52,401 bases of DNA from an uncultured bacterium (lineage in GTDB: Bacteria; Schekmanbacteria; GWA2-38-11; J061), in NCBI GenBank assembly GCA_964549305.1, contig CAZJVM010000011.1, positions 1 through 52,401 on the forward strand, read 5' to 3'. Shown in pieces: positions 20,566 through 31,959 of the stretch. The notes below the pieces were generated by a model. That model was not told where the DNA came from, searched no databases, and saw nothing but the letters and a program-made list of their open reading frames with translations. Position 1 is the first letter of the stretch; each line of letters starts with the position of its first letter. The translations under genes were made by a program, and so were the position numbers.

Positions 20566-21921
20566 CTACATCAGCTGTTTGATTATCTTATCCATACTGC
20601 TCACGAGGGACGAGATATCTTCCGCGCTCTTCTTTTCCGTAACGGCAACCAGAAGAATGTTATCCGCTTTTTCGGAAAAACGATTCAGCGAAACTCCCGG
20701 AATAATTCCCCCGATACTCATTCTTTCCACTACGCTTCCCGCGGAAACAGGAAGACGCAAAGCAAACTCCTTGAAAAATGGCAGATCATTTATAGCCTCA
20801 ATTTCCTGATTGATATTGCAAAGGCATTTTGCGGCATAATGTGATTTTGCATAGCATTGAAGAGCAACATCCTTTATTCCTTCTTTGCCGAGACTGATCA
20901 GGTAGATGCTCGCCGCAAGTGCTGCCAATGCCTGATTCGAACAAATATTGGAAGTCGCTTTCTCGCGTCTTATGTGCTGCTCTCTTGTCTGAAGGGTAAG
21001 AACATACCCCCGTCTTCCCTGAGAGTCATTCGTCGCGCCGACTACTCTTCCCGGCATCTGCCTCATATACTCCTTTTTACAGGCAAAAAAACCGAGATAA
21101 GGTCCTCCGAATGAAAGCGGAAGTCCTGCCGCCTGCCCTTCACCGACTATTATGTCAGCTCCGAATTTCGCCGGACTTTCAAAAAGCCCGAGGGCAATCG
21201 GGTCAACGGAAAAAACTATAAGAGCGCCTCTTGAAGACGCAACTTCGCAATATTCCCTTATGTCAGGCAGGCATCCGTAAAAATCCGGGTACTGAAATAT
21301 GCAGGCATTCACATTATCATCGAGCTCTTTTTTAAGGGCTTCAATGTCAAGGATTCCGTTTTCCGCGGGAATTTCACAAAGTTCGATTTCTACGCCCCGC
21401 AGATATGTTTTTACCACTTCCCTGTAAGAGGGATGTACATTGCCTGCAATAACAACCTTATTGCCTTTTCTTATTCTTGACGCCATCATAGCCGCCTCGG
21501 CAAGCGCCGACGCGCCGTCGTACATCGAGGCATTTGAAACGTCAAGTCCGGTCAATTCGCAAATCAGGCTTTGGTATTCATAAATCGTTTGAAGAGTCCC
21601 CTGACTTATTTCCGGCTGATAAGGGGTATATGCCGTGAGAAATTCCGACCTTGACACAATGGTTTCGATATGGGCTGGAATATAATGGTCATACGCGCCT
21701 GCGCCCGCAAAACTGAGTAATCCCTTTGAAGGAGCGTTCTGCGAGGCAAGCTCCTTTAATTTTCTCTCCGCTTCGATTTCAGAGAAAGGACCGGGAATAT
21801 CGGGCTTCTTCTTTAAGAGAACCTTCTCGGGTATATCGGAAAGGAGTTCTTTAAAAGAAGATACTCCGATTTTCTTTAAAATCTTGTCCCTGTCGGCATC
21901 TGTATTCGGTATATATCTCAA
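20566..21921 (-). CDS. gcvPA: Glycine dehydrogenase (decarboxylating) subunit 1
   Basis: EFLTAYTPYQPEISQG, NASMYDGA, LQTREQHIRREKATSNICSNQ. Confidence 0.97.
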   Translation of the reverse strand: MRYIPNTDADRDKILKKIGVSSFKELLSDIPEKVLLKKKPDIPGPFSEIEAERKLKELASQNAPSKGLLSFAGAGAYDHYIPAHIETIVSRSEFLTAYTPYQPEISQGTLQTIYEYQSLICELTGLDVSNASMYDGASALAEAAMMASRIRKGNKVVIAGNVHPSYREVVKTYLRGVEIELCEIPAENGILDIEALKKELDDNVNACIFQYPDFYGCLPDIREYCEVASSRGALIVFSVDPIALGLFESPAKFGADIIVGEGQAAGLPLSFGGPYLGFFACKKEYMRQMPGRVVGATNDSQGRRGYVLTLQTREQHIRREKATSNICSNQALAALAASIYLISLGKEGIKDVALQCYAKSHYAAKCLCNINQEIEAINDLPFFKEFALRLPVSAGSVVERMSIGGIIPGVSLNRFSEKADNILLVAVTEKKSAEDISSLVSSMDKIIKQLM

Positions 21922-22316
21922 TCCTTGCTTTCCTCTTCCACATATGCCGAATATGAAGCCACATCAAGGAGAGAATCCAGCTGAGAAGCATCTTCCACTT
22001 CCACCGTTACAATCCAGCCCTCGGTGTAAGGATCGCTGTTCACTAATTCGGGTTGATCGGCAAGATTCGGGTTAATTTCCTTTATTTTTCCAGTTACGGG
22101 AGAATAGAGGTCAGATACGGCTTTAACTGACTCAATCGAGCCGAAGGCTTCACCCTGTGTTACTTCAGTGCCTTCTGCGCCTGAAATGTCCACGAATACC
22201 ACATCACCCAATTCCTGCTGCGCGTAATCGGTGATTCCTATCTTTACTTCGTTTTCGTTTTCGACTTTAGCCCACTCGTGCTCTTTCGTATATTTGAGAT
22301 CATCAGGACAATTCAT
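21918..22316 (-). CDS. gcvH: Glycine cleavage system H protein
   Basis: YTKEHEW, GITDYAQ, IESVKAVSD (lipoyl-lysine). Confidence 0.98.
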   Translation of the reverse strand: MNCPDDLKYTKEHEWAKVENENEVKIGITDYAQQELGDVVFVDISGAEGTEVTQGEAFGSIESVKAVSDLYSPVTGKIKEINPNLADQPELVNSDPYTEGWIVTVEVEDASQLDSLLDVASYSAYVEEESKD

Positions 22317-22362
22317 TATATTTCCTCCATGTTAATTTATGTTTTTAAATGCCAATCAGTAG

Positions 22363-23466
22363 TTATTTTTTATAAAAAGGCGTCTTTACAACTTCCGCTT
22401 TTACATTCTTTCCTCTTATTGAAATTTCAAAAACCGTGCCGATTTTAGCATAAGGCGTTTCAACCAGCGCCATGCCGATTGAGGCGTTTGTGGACAAAGA
22501 GCGGTTTCCGCTTGTGACCCTGCCTATTACTCTGCCCTGCGAAATTACATCATAACCTTCCCTCGGGATTCCGGAATCAATGAGTCTGAATCCATTAAGT
22601 CTTCTGGGAATTCCCTCGTTTTTTTGCTTAAGAAGCGCGTCGCGCCCCACAAAATCCCCCTTGTCAAAACTTACATAGCGGTCAAGCGATGCCTCAAGAG
22701 GAGTAATCGTTTCATCAATGTCATTTCCGTAAAGAGTGTATTTCATTTCAAGGCGAAGCGTATCCCTTGCCCCCAATCCCGCAGGTTTCAATCCGAAATC
22801 CCCGCCTGCATTCATTATTTTTTCCCATATTACCTCTGCACGGTTTCTTTCGAAGAAAAGCTCGAAACCCTTTTCCCCCGTGTATCCCGTTCGTGAAAAA
22901 ATCATTTCGTCACTGCCGATTCTACCACGCGTGAAATTGAAGAAACGGATTGTTTTGAGGTCAACGTCTTCGGCTATCTGTCCGAGTATCTCATTCGCGT
23001 TGGGTCCCTGCAGGGCGATTATTCCCTTCTCATCGCTTTCATTTTCAATATCAGCGATATTTCCGGCCTGTTTTTTAATCCACTCAAAATCCTTTTGTAC
23101 GTTGGAAGCGTTCACGCAGAAAAAATATTCACTTTCGGAAATTTTAAACACCGTGACATCATCGACGATACCCCCGTCTTCATTGCAAAGAAGCCCGTAA
23201 AGGACTGCGCCATCAACCATAGACGACGCATCGGCAGTCAGTACTTTCTGCACAGCGGCAAGGGCGTTTTCTCCGCGAATGGAAACATATCCCATATGAC
23301 TGACATCGAAAATTCCCGCGTTGCTTCTTACGGCAAGATGCTCATCGCGAATGCCTGAATAGTAAACGGGCATCTCCCATCCGTGAAAATCTATTATCTT
23401 TGCGCCGTACTTAACGTGGGTGGAATAGAGGGGAGTCCTTCTCGCTGCGCCTTCCGGAGACGTCAT
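22363..23466 (-). CDS. gcvT: Glycine cleavage system aminomethyltransferase T
   Basis: FDVSHMG, SRTGYTGE.GFE, GLGARDTLRLE. Confidence 0.97.
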   Translation of the reverse strand: MTSPEGAARRTPLYSTHVKYGAKIIDFHGWEMPVYYSGIRDEHLAVRSNAGIFDVSHMGYVSIRGENALAAVQKVLTADASSMVDGAVLYGLLCNEDGGIVDDVTVFKISESEYFFCVNASNVQKDFEWIKKQAGNIADIENESDEKGIIALQGPNANEILGQIAEDVDLKTIRFFNFTRGRIGSDEMIFSRTGYTGEKGFELFFERNRAEVIWEKIMNAGGDFGLKPAGLGARDTLRLEMKYTLYGNDIDETITPLEASLDRYVSFDKGDFVGRDALLKQKNEGIPRRLNGFRLIDSGIPREGYDVISQGRVIGRVTSGNRSLSTNASIGMALVETPYAKIGTVFEISIRGKNVKAEVVKTPFYKK

Positions 23467-23469
23467 TAC

Positions 23470-23868
23470 TTATTGGCCTTTCACAGGAATGTTTACCAAA
23501 GGCGCCGCTTCATCGGGATTTTCCTCAACTTGCCCCCTATTGGCAATGTCTTCTTCCCCGACAGGGATTTCTTCGGCAGGCAATGTCTGCTCGGCGACGG
23601 GCTGTTCGGTTTCCAAATCGGGAATTACCGAATCTGAACCTGAGTTCGAGCTCATAGAGGAGAGAATGAGAGATGTAATCATAAAAGTAACCGCCGCGCC
23701 GGTAGTAAGTTTTCCCAAAAATCCCGTAGATCCGGAACTTCCGAAAAGTGTCTGGCTTGACCCGCCGAAGGCGGCTCCCATATCAGCTCCTTTTCCCTGT
23801 TGAAGAAGAACCACGAGAATGAGAAATATGCTGACTATTACATGGAATATTAACAAAAAAGTATACAT
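23470..23868 (-). CDS. secG: Preprotein translocase subunit SecG
   Basis: Start MYTFLL; VLLQQGKGADMGAAFGGSSQTLFGS; follows tpiA. Confidence 0.95.
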   Translation of the reverse strand: MYTFLLIFHVIVSIFLILVVLLQQGKGADMGAAFGGSSQTLFGSSGSTGFLGKLTTGAAVTFMITSLILSSMSSNSGSDSVIPDLETEQPVAEQTLPAEEIPVGEEDIANRGQVEENPDEAAPLVNIPVKGQ

Positions 23869-23869
23869 C

Positions 23870-24634
23870 CTATTTTCCTTCCTTTCTAAAATTAACAATG
23901 CCCGAAAAGCTGTCCGCTTTCAGACTGGCACCGCCTACAAGTGCTCCGTCAATATCCTCTTTGCACATCAATCCACCGGCATTTTCAGGCTTGACGCTTC
24001 CGCCGTACAGAATAGATGTATCCCGGGCGATATCCTTACCGTATTTTTTCTCTATGAGCCCTCTGATGAAAGCGTGTACTTCCTGCGCCTGCTCAGGTGT
24101 CGCGGTTTTCCCTGTGCCTATTGCCCAAACGGGCTCATAAGCAAGGATTGTGCCTTTGAATGTATCCGCATCGACTCCTGCGAGAGCACCGTTAACCTGT
24201 GTTTCTATTAGGGAAAACGTTTTATTTCCTTCCCTTTCTTCGAGAGTTTCCCCGATGCACAAAATAGGAATCAGTCTATGACTATATGCCGCATTCAATC
24301 TCTTATTCACGGTCTCATCGGTTTCTGAGAAGAATTGCCTTCTTTCGGAATGACCGATAATACAGTGAGTGCATCCTGAATCAATGAGCATAAGAGGTGA
24401 AATTTCTGCCGTAAACGCGCCCTTTTCTTCCCAGAAGATATTCTGAGACGAAAGTTTTATTTCAGTGCCTGCAATATTCTGCGAAACAGCGTGAAGTGCC
24501 GTATAGGGAGGCGCAACGATTACTTCAACGCCCTCCGGGTCTCCGCATTTATCCCATATACCCCTTACGAGGGCAACGGCTTCGGGTATGGTCATATTCA
24601 TTTTCCAGTTTCCCGCTATTATCGTTTTTCTCAT
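23870..24634 (-). CDS. tpiA: Triosephosphate isomerase
   Basis: AGNWKM, GHSERR, AYEPVWAIGTG, LVGGASL. Confidence 0.99.
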   Translation of the reverse strand: MRKTIIAGNWKMNMTIPEAVALVRGIWDKCGDPEGVEVIVAPPYTALHAVSQNIAGTEIKLSSQNIFWEEKGAFTAEISPLMLIDSGCTHCIIGHSERRQFFSETDETVNKRLNAAYSHRLIPILCIGETLEEREGNKTFSLIETQVNGALAGVDADTFKGTILAYEPVWAIGTGKTATPEQAQEVHAFIRGLIEKKYGKDIARDTSILYGGSVKPENAGGLMCKEDIDGALVGGASLKADSFSGIVNFRKEGK

Positions 24635-24649
24635 TTTGCTGATTCCTTC

Positions 24650-25834
24650 TTATTTATCCGTTAGTGATGTCACGCCGGGAAGCGCTTTGCCTTCCAAAAA
24701 TTCAAGAGACGCTCCGCCGCCCGTGGAAACGTGTGAAAATTTATCGGCAAGACCCATCTTCTTTACCGCAGATGCAGAATCGCCTCCTCCGATTATGCTT
24801 TTTCCTCCACACGACGCAATCGCTTCGGCAACCGCTTTTGTTCCGGCAGAAAATTTTTCTATTTCAAAAACCCCCATAGGACCGTTCCAGACAACGGTTT
24901 TTGCCTGACTAATTTTTTCGCTGTAAAGTCTTACCGTTTTCGGCCCTATGTCCGCGCCCTTCAATTCATTGGGAATATCAGTTCCTTCGGTTGTAACCGT
25001 TTGGGCATCTTCACTTATCTCGCCTGCCGCTATATGGTCTGCAGGAAGAAGTATTTCCGCTCCCTGAGATTCCGATTTTTTGAGCAACTGAGATGCAAGG
25101 TCCACTTTGTCTTCTTCCACCAAAGACGCTCCTACCTCAGCCCCTTTTGCCTTTAAAAGCGTATAAGCCATTGCGCCGCCTATGAGAAGAGCATCGGCTT
25201 TCTCGATAAGAGATTCTATAACCTGTATTTTATCAGACACCTTCGCGCCTCCGAGCACTGCGATAAAAGGTCTTTCAGGCGATTCAAAAGATTTTCCGAG
25301 AAACTCTATCTCCTTTTCCATTAAAAATCCCGATACGGCGGGAGATAGATAACTTGCGATTCCGCAAACCGAGCTGTGAGCCCTGTGTGATGAACCGAAA
25401 GCGTCATTTACGTAAACATCTGCAAGTGATGCAAGCTCTTTTGAAAAGGCCTCGTCATTCTTTGTTTCGCCTTCGTGAAACCTGAGGTTTTCAAGAAGAA
25501 GTATTTCGCCTTCCTTAAGCGCCTCCGCCATCTCTTTTACCTTTTCTCCGATACAATCGGGCGCCATTTGCACGGGTTTGTCCAAAAGCCGTGAAAGCCT
25601 TTCAGCAACCGGCTTAAGACTCATTTCAGGCACTACTTTTCCTTTTGGGCGTCCGAGATGCGACGCAAGAATGAGAGCCGCACCCTTATCAATAGCGTAA
25701 GTTAACGTGTCTATCGCCGCCCTGATTCTCGTATCGTCATCAACGGCACCATCCTTCAGCGGCACGTTGAAATCAACGCGGATAAACACCTTTTTGCCAT
25801 TAAGTTCAATATCTTTAATTGTCAGCTTATTCAA
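24650..25834 (-). CDS. pgk: Phosphoglycerate kinase
   Basis: RVDFNVP, HLGRP, GGAKVSDKI, STGGGASLEFLEG. Confidence 0.99.
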   Translation of the reverse strand: MNKLTIKDIELNGKKVFIRVDFNVPLKDGAVDDDTRIRAAIDTLTYAIDKGAALILASHLGRPKGKVVPEMSLKPVAERLSRLLDKPVQMAPDCIGEKVKEMAEALKEGEILLLENLRFHEGETKNDEAFSKELASLADVYVNDAFGSSHRAHSSVCGIASYLSPAVSGFLMEKEIEFLGKSFESPERPFIAVLGGAKVSDKIQVIESLIEKADALLIGGAMAYTLLKAKGAEVGASLVEEDKVDLASQLLKKSESQGAEILLPADHIAAGEISEDAQTVTTEGTDIPNELKGADIGPKTVRLYSEKISQAKTVVWNGPMGVFEIEKFSAGTKAVAEAIASCGGKSIIGGGDSASAVKKMGLADKFSHVSTGGGASLEFLEGKALPGVTSLTDK

Positions 25835-25860
25835 AACTATACACTCTTCAGTAATTCCCG

Positions 25861-26886
<1,026 letters not shown>

Positions 26887-27125
26887 CTAAAAAAGGACTG
26901 ATAAATTAGATTTTTAACCGCTCTCTTCTACATAAGCGGAATTTAATTGTCAAATTATTTTATCCCCTTACAAATGAAAGAAAAATGATTTTTTCGCTTC
27001 ATCAGGAAATATTTATCGTTCTTTGTAATAACCGCATTTCTCCGTTCTATCTAAATCCTTGACATCAACCGCTTTTTAATTTAACAAAAAGCCCAATTTA
27101 AACACCTTTTTATTAATAAAACCCT

Positions 27126-29777
27126 ATGCTGTCAGGTCATGAAATAAGAAAGCTTTTTCTCGATTACTTCGCCGGGAAGGGTCATAAAGTTCTTCCCGGT
27201 TCTTCCCTCGTGCCTTCGCAGGATCCCACTCTCCTTTTTACAAACGCCGGAATGGTTCAGTTCAAGAGCATATTTCTGGGTGAAGAAACACGAGAGTACT
27301 CGAGGGCAACGACGGTTCAAAAGTGCGTTCGCGCGGGCGGAAAGCATAACGACCTCGAGGTGGTGGGAAAGACCCGCAGGCATCACACCTTCTTTGAAAT
27401 GCTGGGCAACTTCTCTTTCGGAGATTATTTCAAGGGAAAAGCCATCGAATACGGATGGGATTTCCTTACAAATGTAATCAAGCTTCCCGCTGACAAGCTT
27501 TGGATAACCATATACGAAGACGACCCCGAATCACGCGACCTGTGGATAAAAAACACCGGAGTATCCGCCGACAGGATTGTTACATTGGGCAAAAAAGACA
27601 ATTTCTGGCAAATGGGCGACACAGGTCCCTGCGGTCCCTGCTCCGAAATACTAATCGACCAGGGAGAAGAGGCAGGATGCGGGAAACCGGAATGTGCCGC
27701 GGGGTGCGACTGCGACAGATACCTTGAGCTCTGGAACCTTGTTTTTATGCAGTTTAACAGGTCAGCCGACGGCACTCTCTCCCCCCTTCCCAAGCCGAGC
27801 ATCGATACGGGAATGGGGCTTGAACGAATAACCGCCGTGGCGCAGAACGTAAAATCAAATTTTGACACAGACCTTTTCAGTCCTCTCATAGATGAAGTGA
27901 GCAAACTTACGGGATACAAATACGGAAGCAACGAAACGAATGACACATCTGTAAGGGTTATAGTCGACCACGCGAGGGCATCGGTTTTTCTCATATCGGA
28001 CGGCGTACTCCCTTCAAACGAAGGCAGGGGTTACGTACTGAGAAGAATCCTGAGAAGAGGGCTAAGGCACGGAAAAATGCTCGGAATCAAGGATGTTTTC
28101 TTCAGCAAGATGTGCCAAAACGTGATCTCCCATATGTCCGCGGCATATCCGGCGCTTGAAGAATCGTCAAAGGTGATAAAAGGAGTCGTGAGCAATGAGG
28201 AGAAAAAATTTGCGGCAACCCTCGAGCAGGGGCTTCAAATTCTTCGCGGCTACATAGAAGACATTAAGCAGTCGGAGAGCGGTTCGAAAATATTCCCCGG
28301 AGACCTTGCTTTCAAACTTTACGACACATACGGTTTCCCTCTTGACCTTACAAATGAAATTCTCGGTGATTTCGAACTTGAAACCGACCTTGAGGGGTTT
28401 TCGGAATGTATGAAAAACCAAAGGTCAGCGGCAAGGCAGTCAAGGAATTCGAAAAAATGTTCAGATGAGCAGGAAAAAATAAATCGTATCCTCAGCGATG
28501 TGGGCACTACGGAGTTTCTCGGCTATGAATCCGACACAACGGAGGCAAGAATTCTTAAAATCATAAGTGACGGCAGTGAAAGGGAATCGGCACACAAAGG
28601 AGAAAACGTTGACATTGTGCTGGACAAGACAGTTTTTTACGGAGAATCGGGAGGACAGGTAGGTGATTGCGGAACAATAAGTTCAAACGGCAATGAATTC
28701 GCCGTTAAGAATTCGACAAAACCCTTTGGCAATATCATCGTACATCACGGAAAACTCGAAAAGGGAAAAATATCTCGTGGCGACAAGATGCTTTGCCGGG
28801 TGGACAAGACAAGAAGGTCGAATATCAGATATAACCATACAGCAACGCATATTCTCCACTCGGCGCTCAGGCAGGTGCTGGGCTCACATGTCAATCAGGC
28901 AGGCTCACTTGTGGCGCCAGACAGACTGAGATTTGACTTCACTCATTTTTCAAGAATGAGCGCAGAGGAAATCGAAGAAGTGGAAGACATGGTGAACGAA
29001 ACCATAAGGCAGAATATCACCGTGAGCACGGAAGTTATGAATATCGAAGATGCCATAAAATCAGGCGCTACCGCCCTTTTCGATGAAAAATACACAGAAA
29101 AGGTAAGAGTCATATCCATTGAAAAATTCAGCAAGGAATTATGCGGCGGCACTCACAGCGCTTCTACCGGTGAAATCGGGTTTTTCAAGATTTTATCGGA
29201 AAGAGCCGTTGCAAGCGGAATCAGGAGAATAGAGGCGTGCACAGGAGAAGGCGCCGCGGCTTACGCGAGAAGGAACGAACGGAAACTCGATGAAATAGCT
29301 TCGCTTTTCAAAACGGGAAAGGAAAATGTTTTAGAGAAGGTCTCCGCGCTTATCGAGGAAAACCGCTCTCTCGCAAAAAAACTTGAATCTCTGGAAGCGT
29401 CTTTATCGAGTAAAAATCTGAACGATGTCTTAGGCGAGGCAAAAGAGATAAAAGGAGTTAAAGTGCTCGCCGTGGAAACGAAATCCCCTTCCGTAAAAGA
29501 ACTTAGAAATTTTGCCGACAATGCCCTGAATTCGCTTAAAGAAGGAATTGTCGCCGCAGGCGCAAATATAGACGGAAAGGTTTCTCTCATCTGCGCCGTA
29601 TCGAAGTCGCTTACGGAAAAATACAGCGCTTCAGATATCGTAAAGGAAATATCACCACTGATAGAAGGAAGCGGAGGCGGAAGGAAGGACTTCGCGCAGG
29701 CAGGCGGTAAAAAACCGGAAGGACTCAAAAGCGCGCTTTCAAAGGTTTATGACATTATAACAAACGATACAGAATAA
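27126..29777 (+). CDS. alaS: Alanine-tRNA ligase
   Basis: LLFTNAGM, HHTFFEMLGNFSFGDYFK, IDTGMGLER, HTATH, ELCGGTH. Confidence 0.99.
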   Translation: MLSGHEIRKLFLDYFAGKGHKVLPGSSLVPSQDPTLLFTNAGMVQFKSIFLGEETREYSRATTVQKCVRAGGKHNDLEVVGKTRRHHTFFEMLGNFSFGDYFKGKAIEYGWDFLTNVIKLPADKLWITIYEDDPESRDLWIKNTGVSADRIVTLGKKDNFWQMGDTGPCGPCSEILIDQGEEAGCGKPECAAGCDCDRYLELWNLVFMQFNRSADGTLSPLPKPSIDTGMGLERITAVAQNVKSNFDTDLFSPLIDEVSKLTGYKYGSNETNDTSVRVIVDHARASVFLISDGVLPSNEGRGYVLRRILRRGLRHGKMLGIKDVFFSKMCQNVISHMSAAYPALEESSKVIKGVVSNEEKKFAATLEQGLQILRGYIEDIKQSESGSKIFPGDLAFKLYDTYGFPLDLTNEILGDFELETDLEGFSECMKNQRSAARQSRNSKKCSDEQEKINRILSDVGTTEFLGYESDTTEARILKIISDGSERESAHKGENVDIVLDKTVFYGESGGQVGDCGTISSNGNEFAVKNSTKPFGNIIVHHGKLEKGKISRGDKMLCRVDKTRRSNIRYNHTATHILHSALRQVLGSHVNQAGSLVAPDRLRFDFTHFSRMSAEEIEEVEDMVNETIRQNITVSTEVMNIEDAIKSGATALFDEKYTEKVRVISIEKFSKELCGGTHSASTGEIGFFKILSERAVASGIRRIEACTGEGAAAYARRNERKLDEIASLFKTGKENVLEKVSALIEENRSLAKKLESLEASLSSKNLNDVLGEAKEIKGVKVLAVETKSPSVKELRNFADNALNSLKEGIVAAGANIDGKVSLICAVSKSLTEKYSASDIVKEISPLIEGSGGGRKDFAQAGGKKPEGLKSALSKVYDIITNDTE

Positions 29778-30766
29778 TGGCTCCCCTTATTAAAAAGAAA
29801 AAATATTACACTTTTCTCATATTATTTCTCTCAGTCGTTTTCTTGCTTTTTAACCTTATCCCTGTTTCCGGCGGAGAGGTCGTCGATAAAATAGCGGCAC
29901 TGGTAAATGACAAACCGATTACAATGAACGATATAAGCAAAGAAATAATTCTTTTAAGAAACGAAATCCCGGAAGAGCTTAAAAATAGAAGTGATAAAGA
30001 AAAAGAGGAATATCTGCAAAAAAAAGCCCTCGACAATTTAATAGACGAAGAGCTTCAATATCAGGAAGCCGGAAACAAGGGAATATCCATCAGCAATGAA
30101 ACCGTAGAACTTGCCATAGAGGACCAGAAAAAAACATTCGGGATGACCGACGCGAATTTGGAAGCTTCACTGAGGAGTGAGGGTATCACCCTGAGCGATT
30201 ACAAGGAAAAAGTCAGAAGACAGCTTACATTGATGACACTTCTAAACAATGCCATAAAACCGCGTATTAATATCACATCAACGGAGATAAAGGATTATTA
30301 CAACGAGCACATTGATTTTTTCACGAAGAAAGGTGAAGTGACGCTCGCGCAGCTCGTTATTATGTTCTCCGAGCCCGATAAAAAGGAAAATGCCATTGAC
30401 AGGACAAAAATAGATGAAGTTCTGGCAAAAGCTCAAAACGGGATACCCCTTGAAGAACTTGAAAAGAATTACACCGAATTTTTCGACCTGATCAAATACC
30501 AGTATCTCGGAAACTTTAAAAAAGAAGAATTGGCAGATGAATTCAGGGAGGCATTCGATATTAAAGTGAACGAATGCATCCTCGTCAAAACAAAAGAAGC
30601 ATTTCACATTTTAAAACTCCTAAAGCGCAAAAGCGACTCGCTAATGCCTTTTGCCGAAGCGGGAGAAGAAATAAAAAATATTCTCTACGGAGAGAAAAAC
30701 AAAAAAATAATGAAAAAATTTATTGAGTCTCTTCGTGAAAAGGCATACATTGAAAATAAGCTGTAA
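29777..30766 (+). CDS. SurA-like periplasmic chaperone/peptidylprolyl isomerase
   Basis: Signal/TM, VVDKIAALVND.PIT (SurA N-terminal domain), degenerate parvulin, LREKAYIE end. Confidence 0.8.
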   Translation: MAPLIKKKKYYTFLILFLSVVFLLFNLIPVSGGEVVDKIAALVNDKPITMNDISKEIILLRNEIPEELKNRSDKEKEEYLQKKALDNLIDEELQYQEAGNKGISISNETVELAIEDQKKTFGMTDANLEASLRSEGITLSDYKEKVRRQLTLMTLLNNAIKPRINITSTEIKDYYNEHIDFFTKKGEVTLAQLVIMFSEPDKKENAIDRTKIDEVLAKAQNGIPLEELEKNYTEFFDLIKYQYLGNFKKEELADEFREAFDIKVNECILVKTKEAFHILKLLKRKSDSLMPFAEAGEEIKNILYGEKNKKIMKKFIESLREKAYIENKL

Positions 30767-30796
30767 GACATTCCCATACAGGGGAGGAATAACAAT

Positions 30797-30943
30797 ATGG
30801 TCGACTGGATAGGAAAAGTTCTTATTTGCGCAAAATGCGGAATGACGGTAAAAATCGTAAAGCTGAACGATCCCAAGTGGGGGTCGGGCCCAAGCCTTAT
30901 CTGCTGTAACGAGGAAATGAAAGTCAAAAATATCCATGACTGA
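30797..30943 (+). CDS. Desulforedoxin-like microprotein 1 (48 aa; not in ORF track)
   Basis: Hand translation MVDWIGKVLICAKCGMTVKIVKLNDPKWGSGPSLICCNEEMKVKNIHD; CxxC-x21-CC..M; strong SD GGGGAGG. Confidence 0.8.
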   Translation: MVDWIGKVLICAKCGMTVKIVKLNDPKWGSGPSLICCNEEMKVKNIHD

Positions 30944-31085
30944 AACAAACGATAAAAACAACGAAATCGCTTATACGGAAGGAATGCGCCTTCGCTGTAA
31001 TATCTGCAAAAGAGAAATAGTCATAGTGAAAGCGGGAGGCGGAAAGATATACTGCTGTGGCCAGCTTATGAAGCCTGTTTCGTAA
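30936..31085 (+). CDS. Desulforedoxin-like microprotein 2 (49 aa; not in ORF track)
   Basis: Hand translation MTETNDKNNEIAYTEGMRLRCNICKREIVIVKAGGGKIYCCGQLMKPVS; canonical CxxC-x15-CCG..M; ATGACTGA overlap with the upstream ORF. Confidence 0.85.
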   Translation: MTETNDKNNEIAYTEGMRLRCNICKREIVIVKAGGGKIYCCGQLMKPVS

Positions 31086-31088
31086 ATT

Positions 31089-31949
31089 CTATTTCTGTTC
31101 GGAATTCTCTTTTATCAGTTTCAGAGCGTTTTCCGCTTCTTTTGTGCCGGGAAATTTTTCAGCCGTCGCCTTGAAAGCGTTAAGCGCGGCATCTTTGTCC
31201 TTATCTTTAAGAAATGAATATCCTACCTTGAGATAGGCGGCAGGCGCCTTGCCGGAATCAGGATATTTTTTAATGAGTTTTCCGAATTCGGAAATCGCGT
31301 CTCTGTATTTCTCCTGTGAATAATAACACTCGCCTATCCAATACATGGCATTTGGCACATATTCGCTCTTTGGATATTTTTCCAAAAATCCGGCAAACTT
31401 CTTCAGAGAACTGCCAAAATCACCGTTCAGATAATCACTGTAGGCATCTTTATAGTCGTTTTGCTCCTCTTCCGGAGAAACATTAACTTCATTTGGCTCT
31501 TTCCTCACATCCTTTCGATTGTCATTCCCACTTCCCATCTTTCCCCTGAGTTCTCCAAGATTTGATGCAAGGGAGGTAATCTCGCTTCTAAGGCGCGCCA
31601 ACTCTTCTTCCACTTTGCTTTCACTCGCCTTGTTTGCTTCACTGTCGTTCAACGTGCCCTGAATTTCGGCGATATCACCTGAAAGCTCATCCATATCGGA
31701 AGATAATTGGGCCTGCTTTTTTCTTATATCGGATATTTTTTCCTCAAATCTTTTTGCTATGGTTTCTGCGTCGAGAGTTGATATCTTCTTTTCTATGAGA
31801 GAGGACCGGGCATCGAGTTCTTTGATGTCATTTCTCAATAAATCAACATCCTGCCTCAACGCGCAACCCGGTTGCAGTGTGATAGAGAAGAAAAATATTA
31901 AAAGGAACGAATGAAACTCCCTTTTACGGCACAATTGTTTTCCCTTCAT
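31089..31949 (-). CDS. cpoB: Tol-Pal system protein YbgF/CpoB
   Basis: Lipobox-like PGC, coiled coil, C-terminal TPR (YPKSEYVPNAMYWIGECYY); follows pal. Confidence 0.9.
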   Translation of the reverse strand: MKGKQLCRKREFHSFLLIFFFSITLQPGCALRQDVDLLRNDIKELDARSSLIEKKISTLDAETIAKRFEEKISDIRKKQAQLSSDMDELSGDIAEIQGTLNDSEANKASESKVEEELARLRSEITSLASNLGELRGKMGSGNDNRKDVRKEPNEVNVSPEEEQNDYKDAYSDYLNGDFGSSLKKFAGFLEKYPKSEYVPNAMYWIGECYYSQEKYRDAISEFGKLIKKYPDSGKAPAAYLKVGYSFLKDKDKDAALNAFKATAEKFPGTKEAENALKLIKENSEQK

Positions 31950-31959
31950 AAAAGAAATT

